Source: Alphaproteobacteria bacterium (GTDB taxonomy: Bacteria > Pseudomonadota > Alphaproteobacteria > GCA-2731375). Taken from it: a DNA stretch of 64,000 bases. Within the stretch, counting starts at the first letter, position 1. Every line of letters begins with the position of its first letter. The notes under the pieces were generated by a model. It saw only the letters and a program-made list of their open reading frames with translations, ran no database searches and was not told the DNA's origin. This document shows positions 9,165-17,393 of this stretch, piece after piece. The position numbers were made by a program, and so were the translations under genes. The stretch is from NCBI GenBank assembly GCA_965225945.1, contig CBDDBZ010000034.1:192001-256000 (forward strand), written 5' to 3'.

Positions 9165-9542
9165 AGCAAATATGTGCCAAAGATCAATCTAGCAGGCGCA
9201 AAATTCGTTTCCACGCGGTTTCGTGCGATACGGTCCCGATAGTATGAATCGGCCCGAGAAAAACCGCATATGGCTACACCTTTCCGTCCCGGCCACCTCG
9301 GCGCGACGCGCGGACTACCCCCGACAACGGACATCGGGGCCCGGATGGCGCTGTCATCGCGATCGAAGCGTGACGCTCCGCGCTCGCCTCGCCCCCGCCC
9401 GCCGCCTACGCCACGTAACGATGGCTTGCCGGATTTTCGTGGCCAAGCGGGCGCCCGCGCGCTATAGCATCCCCGTTTCCGGCCGCGTCGCCCGATCTGC
9501 CGAGCTCCCCCGCCGCCGCCATTTCCCCGAGGATTGCCACCC

Positions 9543-10517
9543 ATGTCCGAGCAACGCAAGGCCAAGCTCGCCAGCGTCGAGGCGATCCAGGAGGGCCTGG
9601 CCGGCGCCGATTACATCGCCTCGCGCCGGATCGCCACCGCCGTCTTCATCGCCGCGCAACTGCAAAAGCCGATGCTGGTGGAAGGGCCGGCCGGCGTCGG
9701 CAAGACGGAACTGGCGCTGACCACGGCGCGCTGGCTCGAGCTGCCGCTGATACGCATGCAGTGCTACGAGGGCCTGGACGAGGCCAAGGCGCTCTACGAG
9801 TGGAAATACGGCAAGCAACTGCTCTACACCCAGATCTTGAAGGAGAAGCTGGGCGACGTGATCGCCGGCACCAGCGGCCTCGATGGGGCGGTGGCGCGGC
9901 TGCACGAGCAGGCCGACGTGTTCTATTCCGAGGATTTCCTGGAGCCGCGCCCGTTGCTGAAGGCGCTCCGCCAGCCCGAGGGCGCGGTGCTGCTGATCGA
10001 CGAGATCGACAAGTCGGACGAGGAGTTCGAGGCCTTGCTGTTGGAGATCCTCTCCGACTACCAGGTCTCGATCCCCGAAATCGGCACCATCGCCGCGACC
10101 ACGCCGCCCGTCGTCTTCCTCACCTCCAACAACACCCGCGAGATGAGCGACGCCCTGAAACGGCGCTGCCTGCATCTCTTCATCCCCTTCCCCGACGCCC
10201 GCACCGAGGAACGCATCGTCGCCCAGCGCCTGCCCGACATCCCCGAGCGGCTCAACCGCCAGCTGGTTCACTTCATCCAGGCGTTACGCCAGGGCGATCT
10301 GAAGAAGCTGCCCTCGCTCGCCGAGACGCTGGATTGGGCCCGCGTGCTGATGCTGCTGAACGCCGACCAGCTGGAGGTGGAGCTGGTGCGCGATACCTTG
10401 AACGTGCTGCTGAAGTTCGAAGTCGACATCGAGCAGACCGAGGGCAAGCTGGTCGAGCTGACGCGCAAGGCGGCGCGGGAGAGCGAGGGCCGTCTCGGCC
10501 ATGCGGCCAACGCTTGA
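9543..10517 (+). CDS. MoxR family AAA+ ATPase (CoxD-like)
   Basis: Walker A GPAGVGKT, RMQCYEGLD, Walker B LLIDEIDK, LTSNNTREMSDALKRRC. Confidence 0.92.
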   Translation: MSEQRKAKLASVEAIQEGLAGADYIASRRIATAVFIAAQLQKPMLVEGPAGVGKTELALTTARWLELPLIRMQCYEGLDEAKALYEWKYGKQLLYTQILKEKLGDVIAGTSGLDGAVARLHEQADVFYSEDFLEPRPLLKALRQPEGAVLLIDEIDKSDEEFEALLLEILSDYQVSIPEIGTIAATTPPVVFLTSNNTREMSDALKRRCLHLFIPFPDARTEERIVAQRLPDIPERLNRQLVHFIQALRQGDLKKLPSLAETLDWARVLMLLNADQLEVELVRDTLNVLLKFEVDIEQTEGKLVELTRKAARESEGRLGHAANA

Positions 10518-11883
10518 ACGCTTCATCCGGGCGCTCCGCGCGAGCGAAGTGCCGGTCTCGGTCCGCGAGGGGCTGGAAGCGCACGAGGTGGCGGCGCTGG
10601 TCGGCCCGACTGATCGCGAGGTGCTGCGGCACGCGCTCGCCGTCACCATGGCAAAGACCGAGGACGAGAAGCAACGCTTCGAGGCTTGCTTCGAGCGCTT
10701 CTTCGCCCGCGAGCGCGTTGACGAGGCGGCGCTGGAAGCCTTCGCGGAGCAAGCCTCCGGAGACCCGGCGGGCGAGCGCGGCGAGGCGGCGGGCGAGGCG
10801 GCGCCGCTCGCCTCCTTGCCGCTCGCCGACATGCTGCTCGCCGGCGACGGCGAGGGAATTGCGCGGGCCATGGAGAGCGCCGCCAACCAGGTCGGCGTCA
10901 GCCTGGTCCGCTTCGTCAGCCAGCGCGGCATCATGGCGCGGCGCGTGCTGGACGAGATGGGGCTGCGCGAGCTGGAGCGGATGATCTGGGAGCTGCGCCG
11001 CCGGCGCGGTGAGCCGGATCTGGCCCGGGCGAACGCGCTGGAGGCCGGACGCAGCTACCTCCTGGGCGAGGCGCGCGAGCTGGTGGCGCGGCAGATCGAG
11101 CTCTACGCGCGCCCCGCCTCGGAGCGGCTGCGCGAGGAGTTCATGGCCGAGGCCCGGCTCTCCAGCCTGGAGACGCGGGACCTCGACCGTATGCAACGTC
11201 TGGTCCGGCGGATCGCGAAGCGGCTGGCGGCGAAGCACACCCGGCGCCGTCGGCGCGCCCGGCGTGGCCGCCTCGACGTGCGCCGTACCATCCGCCGCAA
11301 CGTCGGGCACGACGCCGTTCTCTTCGATCTGGTCTGGCGCCATAAGCGGACAGACCGGCCCCGGGTGGTGGCGATCTGCGACGTCTCCCGCTCGGTCAGC
11401 CAGGCGGCGCGCTTCCTGCTGCTGTTCCTTTACAGCCTGAACGAGGTGCTGGCCGAGGTCCGGGCCTTCGCCTTCTCCAATTCGCTCGTCGAGGTCAGCC
11501 AGACCCTCGACGAGGCCGAGGCGGCGGCGGCGATCGAGGAGGTGCTGGAGCGCATCGGCTTCCGGCCGACGGACTACGGCCGCATGCTGGAGGATTTCGA
11601 CCAGGGCTTTCTCGCTGCCGTCGACCGGCGCACCACGGTGATCATCCTGGGCGACGGGCGCAGCAACTACACCGATCCCCGGCCGGACCTGTTGGAAAAG
11701 ATCTATCGCCGCGCCAAGCGGGTGATCTGGCTGAATCCGGAGCCGCACGCCTTTTGGGGCATCGGCGATTCGGAGATGCCGCGCTACGTCCCCTACTGCC
11801 ACCTGGCCAAGGTCTGCAACACGGTGAAGCATCTGGAGCGGGTGGTCGACGACCTACTGCTCTCGGCCGCGCGCGGCGCCTGA
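10501..11883 (+). CDS. VWA domain protein (CoxE-like), MoxR partner
   Basis: RLDVRRTIR, MIDAS-like DVSRS, PTDYG, ILGDG, IWLNPE; overlaps the ATPase gene. Confidence 0.88.
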   Translation: MRPTLERFIRALRASEVPVSVREGLEAHEVAALVGPTDREVLRHALAVTMAKTEDEKQRFEACFERFFARERVDEAALEAFAEQASGDPAGERGEAAGEAAPLASLPLADMLLAGDGEGIARAMESAANQVGVSLVRFVSQRGIMARRVLDEMGLRELERMIWELRRRRGEPDLARANALEAGRSYLLGEARELVARQIELYARPASERLREEFMAEARLSSLETRDLDRMQRLVRRIAKRLAAKHTRRRRRARRGRLDVRRTIRRNVGHDAVLFDLVWRHKRTDRPRVVAICDVSRSVSQAARFLLLFLYSLNEVLAEVRAFAFSNSLVEVSQTLDEAEAAAAIEEVLERIGFRPTDYGRMLEDFDQGFLAAVDRRTTVIILGDGRSNYTDPRPDLLEKIYRRAKRVIWLNPEPHAFWGIGDSEMPRYVPYCHLAKVCNTVKHLERVVDDLLLSAARGA

Positions 11884-11895
11884 GGGACGAGACGG

Positions 11896-12192
11896 TCAGT
11901 CGAAAACGGAATGCACATCGCAGGCGCCATGGAGGATCCGCACGACTTCCACGCCACCATCGAGGGCGCGGTAATAGATCACATAGTTACCGACGGGAAA
12001 GCTCCGCAAGCCGTTCGCCAGCTCGTCGCGCCGTCGTCCACTCTCCGGAAAGGTTGCGAGCGTCGTTCGGCATGCGTCGAGCAGCCTCGGGAGAAATCGG
12101 TCCGCGTTTGCGGGGCTGTCATTGGCGATATATCGCCAGATCGCATCGATGTCGGCTTCGGCCCGGGGCGATAAGCGCACCGGGCTCATCAT
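11896..12192 (-). CDS. parE: Type II toxin, ParE/RelE family
   Basis: LSPRAEADIDAIWRYIA...FPESGRRRDEL...RSFPVGNYVIYY...VVRILHG. Confidence 0.88.
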   Translation of the reverse strand: MMSPVRLSPRAEADIDAIWRYIANDSPANADRFLPRLLDACRTTLATFPESGRRRDELANGLRSFPVGNYVIYYRALDGGVEVVRILHGACDVHSVFD

Positions 12193-12566
12193 TCGGTGTT
12201 CCGCGCCCCCAGGGCCTCCCGCCCCCGCTTCTTTACGCGCTCGATCAAAGCCTCGTCGAACACCTGGCCTTCGCCCCGCGCCAGCTCCGCGAGGCCGACG
12301 TCGATTTCACGTCGAAGCAGGCCGAGTTTTTCGCGGTACTCGGCGCGCAACGCCGTCCAGGCCTCCGGCGTGGCCGTGGGGTTGTTGCGCATGAAATTGG
12401 CGAAGAGCTCCTGCTCGCAAAGCTCCTGGGCGTGGCGTCGTTGCTCCTCGCGGATGAGAGACCGGATGAACTCGCTCGGGTTGCCGAAGTTGCCTTCCCG
12501 AGCCCGCCGCTGCACATAGCGCTTCAGTTCATCAGGCAAGGAGATGTTCATCGTGGTGGTCGCCAT
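12189..12566 (-). CDS. parD: Type II antitoxin, ParD family (RHH)
   Basis: TTMNISLPDELKRYV...GNFGNPSEFIRSLIRE; LRREIDVGLAELARGEG; coupled to parE. Confidence 0.85.
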   Translation of the reverse strand: MATTTMNISLPDELKRYVQRRAREGNFGNPSEFIRSLIREEQRRHAQELCEQELFANFMRNNPTATPEAWTALRAEYREKLGLLRREIDVGLAELARGEGQVFDEALIERVKKRGREALGARNTE

Positions 12567-12604
12567 GACTGTCCCCGGTGGATTGGCCGTCACGATATCA
12601 CGGG

Positions 12605-12637
12605 CGTGAGCATTGGCAAAGTTTGCCAATGCTCACG
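12605..12637. promoter_or_regulatory. Perfect 33-bp palindrome upstream of parD, putative operator
   Basis: CGTGAGCATTGGCAAA-G-TTTGCCAATGCTCACG (16-bp arms). Confidence 0.6.
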
Positions 12638-12965
12638 ATCGGAGACGGAGCACGAGCTCCATGAAGAGCGTGTCGGTGATCGGCGTATCGTCGTAGGCGG
12701 CGATTTCGCGAAACCCGATGCGACGGTAGAGGCCGATCGCCCGGTCGTGCTCGCCTGGAATCGTGTCGAGCCGCATCGCCCGGTAGCATCGCCCGGTAGC
12801 CAAGATCGCGCCCGCGGGCGACGATGGCCTCCGCCAGCCGGAGCCCGAGGCCGTGTCCCCGCGCGTCCGGCGCGACGTAGAGCCGCTTCATCTCCGCCGT
12901 CCCCTCGCCCAGATCCCGGAGTGCCACGCAGCCCCGTGCCCGCCCGTCGATTCGCCCGAGCAGCA
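12633..12965 (-). pseudogene. GNAT acetyltransferase, 5'-truncated and frameshifted
   Basis: GCVALRDL...AEMKRLYVAPDARGHGLG; 13-bp tandem duplication at 12773-12798 shifts the frame before RLDTIP...LYRRIGF. Confidence 0.8.
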
Positions 12966-13059
12966 AGGCGCCCCGAGACCGGCCCGCACATCCAGGGCCG
13001 TCCGTCACGCAAGGGGAAGTCGACCGGGTGGAAGCCACCGCCCATGCCGAAGCCCGTCC

Positions 13060-13275
13060 GGGGCAGGCCTCGCGGTACACCTTGATTGCCTTCGGAGAGA
13101 GCCACCGCATGGTCGGCTTCCGCCCCTCCATGGGCTCGGCCGAATGCGAACCGGTCGACCGCCACGGCTTCCATGACCAAGAACGAGCCCCGAGGGAGGT
13201 CCTCGAGTTCATCGAGGGTCGCTATGATCCTCGCCGGCCGTGCTCCGCCCTCGGCCACGGCTCACCGCTCGACCC
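13060..13275 (+). pseudogene. Degenerate IS3-family OrfB C-terminal remnant
   Basis: SRYTLIAFG...GFRPSMGS and ECEPVDR...VLEFIEGRYDPRRPCSALGHGSP resemble SQYTS..F...GVRPSMGS and FEFIEGWYNPRRRHSALGYLSP. Confidence 0.7.
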
Positions 13276-13389
13276 TCGGCGAGCATTCCCTCGGCACGGG
13301 TTTGCGGCGGGAATGCCGACCGACCTCGCTCGCACACCCCCGCCCCAGCGCGCCGCCCCCTTCATCCCCGGCAAAAAAAGGAGACCCCC

Positions 13390-15366
13390 ATGCCAGGCAA
13401 CGCCATCGTCGAAGAGTACCGATTGCCCGGCGCGCCTTCCACCGAGTGGGACGTGAACGGCTGGGGCGACCCGAGCATCCAAGGCTTCGGCCATGACATC
13501 GGCATCGACCGGGGCGAGACCATCCACTTCAAGATCGAGACCGACTCCCCCGACTACCGGATCGACATCTATCGCATGGGCTATTACGGCGGGCTCGGCG
13601 CCCGGCTGGTCGATAGCATCTTGCCGTCCGTGCCGTTGCCGCAGGCCCAGCCGGAGGGCCTACGCGACCCGGAGACGCATTTGTACGATTGCGGCAACTG
13701 GGCGGTTTCCGCCTCCTGGGAAGCGCCGGCGGAGGCCACGTCCGGCATCTACTTCGCGCGCTTGGTGCGCCAGGACTCGGCCCCGCCCCGCTGGCGCGCC
13801 GACCATGCGCCGGCGCCGCCGGCCGAGGCCCCCGAACCCGTGCCCCACGCCTACGGGGCGCTGGGCCACGGCAAGCTGCGCAACGCACTGCGCGAACCCC
13901 GGGCGAGCCATATCTACTTCGTCGTCCGGGACGACGCCGGCCGCTCCGACATCCTGTTCCAGACCGCCGATACCACCTGGCAGGCCTACAACCGCCACGG
14001 CGGGCACTGCACCTACGGACGGCTGGACCCGGACCACCCCCGCCAGCACGGCGGGCCGCCCAGGGCCTACAAGGTCAGCTACAACCGCCCGATCGAAACC
14101 CGCCACTACCGCGCGGTCAACACGGTCTTCAACGCGGAATACCCCTTCGTCCGCTTCCTGGAGGCGAACGGCTACGACGTCAGCTACACCACCGGCGTGG
14201 ACAGCGACCGGCGCGGCGAGCTGATCCGCAACCACCGCCTGTTTCTGTCGGTCGGCCATGACGAATACTGGTCCGGCCCACAGCGCGCCCATGTGGAGGC
14301 GGCGCGGGACGCGGGCGTCCATCTCGGTTTCTTCAGCGGTAACGAGGTGTTCTGGAAAACCCGCTTCGAGCCGAGCATCGACGGCACTCGCGAGCCCCAT
14401 CGCACGCTCGTCACCTACAAGGAGACGCACGACAACGCCAAGATCGACCCGGACCCGGACGTGTGGACCGGCACGTGGCGCGATTCGCGCCCCTTCAACC
14501 CGGAAGGCCCACAACCCGAAAACGCGCTGACCGGCACGATCTTCACCGTCAACGCCTGGCGCAACGACCCGCTGATCGTCCCGGCGGAATACGCGCGGCT
14601 GCGCTTCTGGCGCGACACTCGGGTCGCGGATCTGAAGCCGGGGGAACGCGCGGTGCTGCCGAAGGGCCTGCTGGGCCATGAATGGGACGAGGATATCGAC
14701 AACGGGTTCCGCCCGGCGGGCCTCTTCCGGCTGTCGGAAACCACGATCGATAATGTGCCATACGTGCAGGATTGCGGCTCGGTCTTCGATTCCGGGACCG
14801 CCACCCACCATCTGACCATGTACCGGCACGCGAGCGGCGCGCTGGTCTTCGGGGCCGGCACCGTGCAATGGGCCTGGGGCCTGGACGAGCACCATGACAC
14901 CGAAACCGGCGTCCCGCCGGAGCGGGTGAATGAAAACACCACCCGCGTCGGCGTCGACCCGAACGGCCCGGACCCGGCCATCCGCCAGGCCACCGTCAAC
15001 CTGTTCGCCGATATGGGCGTGCAGCCGGAAACGCTGGCCCCGGACCTGACGCGCGCCGAGGCCTCCACCGACCAAACGCCGCCGACCTCTCGCGTCGCCG
15101 AACCCGCCGACGGCGCGACAGTGGCGCCAGGGCCGGTACGGATCGCCGGCACGGCCGAGGATCGGGACGGGTGCGTGGCCGGGATCGAGGTGTCGGTCGA
15201 CGGCGGCGCCACCTGGCATCCGGCGGACGGGCGCGAGACCTGGACCTACGCCTGGGTGCCGGCGGCGCCGGGCGCGCACGCGATCCTTTGCCGCGCGGTG
15301 GACGACAGCGCCAACCTGGAGGTGCCCGGGCCGGGCGTTAGGGTGACCGTCTCGGCGGAAGGGTGA
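13390..15366 (+). CDS. N,N-dimethylformamidase beta-subunit family (DUF6605-like) protein with C-terminal Ig-like domain
   Basis: YRIDIYRMGYYGG, TWQAYN, KVSYNRP, SVGHDEYWS, FFSGNEVFWK, VFGAGTVQW; C-terminal GIEVSVDGGATWHPA...CRAVDDSANLE Ig-like fold. Confidence 0.78.
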   Translation: MPGNAIVEEYRLPGAPSTEWDVNGWGDPSIQGFGHDIGIDRGETIHFKIETDSPDYRIDIYRMGYYGGLGARLVDSILPSVPLPQAQPEGLRDPETHLYDCGNWAVSASWEAPAEATSGIYFARLVRQDSAPPRWRADHAPAPPAEAPEPVPHAYGALGHGKLRNALREPRASHIYFVVRDDAGRSDILFQTADTTWQAYNRHGGHCTYGRLDPDHPRQHGGPPRAYKVSYNRPIETRHYRAVNTVFNAEYPFVRFLEANGYDVSYTTGVDSDRRGELIRNHRLFLSVGHDEYWSGPQRAHVEAARDAGVHLGFFSGNEVFWKTRFEPSIDGTREPHRTLVTYKETHDNAKIDPDPDVWTGTWRDSRPFNPEGPQPENALTGTIFTVNAWRNDPLIVPAEYARLRFWRDTRVADLKPGERAVLPKGLLGHEWDEDIDNGFRPAGLFRLSETTIDNVPYVQDCGSVFDSGTATHHLTMYRHASGALVFGAGTVQWAWGLDEHHDTETGVPPERVNENTTRVGVDPNGPDPAIRQATVNLFADMGVQPETLAPDLTRAEASTDQTPPTSRVAEPADGATVAPGPVRIAGTAEDRDGCVAGIEVSVDGGATWHPADGRETWTYAWVPAAPGAHAILCRAVDDSANLEVPGPGVRVTVSAEG

Positions 15367-15420
15367 GGAGCCAGGGAGCGCCGGAAACGTGTCGACCGCC
15401 GGCCGTGGGGAGGCCCGTTC

Positions 15421-15621
15421 CACCCTCGGGGATTCCATGTCGGCGATGACGTTTGCCACGTCCTTCGTGCTTCGGCCGATCCGGTCGATGGACCACGCCA
15501 TCACCACGTCGAACCGCCGCCGATCGGCGGCCTTCCACATACGGTCGAACACGAGCCTCTGTTCGCGCGCCTTCGCGCCCGAAATGTGGTGATCGACGTA
15601 TTCGCCATGGACCCGAGCCCA
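15421..15621 (-). pseudogene. Serine recombinase (resolvase) internal fragment
   Basis: EYVDHHISGAK...FDRMWKAADRRRFDVVMAWSIDRIGRS; the catalytic YxRVS N-terminus is absent. Confidence 0.72.
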
Positions 15622-15630
15622 TGGGGTTGA

Positions 15631-15799
15631 TTCTCCCCGCGCCAGCTTCGCGAGGCCGACATCGATGTCACGTCGAAGCAGACCGAGCTTCTCGCGGTAC
15701 TCGCCCCGCAACGCCGTCCAGACCTCCGGCGTGGCCGTGGGGGTGTTGCGCATGAGCTCGGCGAAGAGCTCTTGCGCGCAAGGCTCCTGGGCGTGACGA
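15631..15799 (-). pseudogene. Second, partial parD copy (C-terminal part)
   Basis: Aligns by eye to 12270-12438 with scattered substitutions; lacks the RHH N-terminus. Confidence 0.8.
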
Positions 15800-15822
15800 C
15801 CCGCGAGGCGCGCCGATACTCC

Positions 15823-16133
15823 CTATCCGCGACGGAGCACGAACTCCATGAACAGCGTGCCGGTGATCGGCGTCTCGTAATAGGCCGGGATCTCGCGAAA
15901 GCCCATGGCGCGATAGAGGGCGATCCCCCGATCGTGCTCGCCTGGAATCGCGTCGAGCCGCATCGCCCGGTAGCCGAGAACCCTGGGACGGGCGACGTTC
16001 GCCTCGGCCAGGCGGATCCCGAGGCCGTGTCCCCGCGCGTCCGGCGCGACGTAGAGCCGCTTCATCTCAGCGAGTCCGGCGCCCAGATCGCGGAGCACCA
16101 CGCAGCCCCGTGCCCGCCCGTCGATTCGCCCGA
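15823..16133 (-). pseudogene. Second GNAT acetyltransferase copy, 5'-truncated
   Basis: GCVVLRDL...AEMKRLYVAPDARGHGLG...LYRAMGFREI; homologous to 12640-12960 but without the 13-bp duplication. Confidence 0.72.
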
Positions 16134-16340
16134 GGCGCCGGCCCGCCGCGCGGTGCGGATCTCCCACGCGAACGCCCCCGATCGCGCCTCGCTGGCGCGC
16201 GCGCTTCGCCGCCTCCGCCGCCTCCTGAAGCATGGTCCCGGCCCGGGCGGCATCCTGATATGAGCCTAGCCCGGCCAGGCAGGACCACCCGCTCCGCTCC
16301 CAACCGCCCAGGACTTTTGTCAGACGGTATGGTCGACGCG

Positions 16341-17138
16341 TCAGCTCTGCAGCAGCAGCGGCACCGGCGCGGCGGTGGCGAGCTTGCGGGTGGTGCGGCC
16401 GAGGCCCATCAGCACGTCGAAATGGTTGTCGCCGAAGGCGCCCATCACGATCAGATCGGCCTCGACCGATTTCGCCGCCTGGATGATCGCCCGACCGCGG
16501 CCACGCGCGGTCAGGCCGGATCCTTCGTAGGACATCACCTCCGGCAGGATTTGGTGATAGCCGAGATATTCCACCGCGCCGTCCGGATTGGCCTGCGGGT
16601 GCTCGGAATTGGTGAACAGGCAAATCCGTTCGCACGCGCACAGCAACGGCATCGCCGAACGCATCGCGCGCGCGGACTGGCGAGTGCCGTTCCAGATCAT
16701 CGCCGCCACCCGGCCGAGAGTGGCGGGCGCCTCGGGCGGTGTCACCAGCACGGGCGAGCCAATCTCGAACAGCGCGGTATTCAACGCCTTGGCCTGTGCG
16801 CCGCGTTCCTCCGACAGACGCTCGATGATGGTGAGGTCGTAGCCGAGCCCGAGCGCGCGGATGGCGTCGTCCATCGCTCCCTCGATAGCGAACCAGCGTG
16901 CGTTCGTCGCATCGCCGCAGACTTCGTTGTAGGTCCGCCTTGCGATATCCCGGTCGACGGCGCCGACGTCGACGTGGCGCGGATGCGGGGGTGCCACGTC
17001 CAGCATCAACGTGGTGCGACCGAGATGAGGGTAGACGACGTCGAGATGGGCGCCCGTCAAGTCGGCCAAGGCGCGCGCGGCCACCAGGCAATCGCGATCG
17101 CTCTCACTGCCAGCGACGAATATCGCCACGCGTTTCAC
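16341..17138 (-). CDS. Universal stress protein (tandem USP)
   Basis: ADLIVMGAFG...GRTTRKL...PVPLL USP signature; ALFEIGSPVLV. Confidence 0.85.
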   Translation of the reverse strand: MKRVAIFVAGSESDRDCLVAARALADLTGAHLDVVYPHLGRTTLMLDVAPPHPRHVDVGAVDRDIARRTYNEVCGDATNARWFAIEGAMDDAIRALGLGYDLTIIERLSEERGAQAKALNTALFEIGSPVLVTPPEAPATLGRVAAMIWNGTRQSARAMRSAMPLLCACERICLFTNSEHPQANPDGAVEYLGYHQILPEVMSYEGSGLTARGRGRAIIQAAKSVEADLIVMGAFGDNHFDVLMGLGRTTRKLATAAPVPLLLQS

Positions 17139-17393
17139 CGGCTTCCCCCACCCTCGAAATAGCCATCGAATTCTATCCTATCGCCGGCGCGGCGGGCAGT
17201 GTTTTATCGGTCCGGCCGTGGCGGAAAGCCAGGTTGGAGGGAGGGCCCGAGCATGCCGGAATTGCGCTCGAGCCATCTGGGCGAGCTGAAGATCGATGTC
17301 ACCGCTTCCCACCGTTTCGCCGGGACGCCCCATGGGCCTCGGATGGCCTGCACGCACACCTTGAAGAGGCGCGAGATTTCGGTTTAAAAGGCC

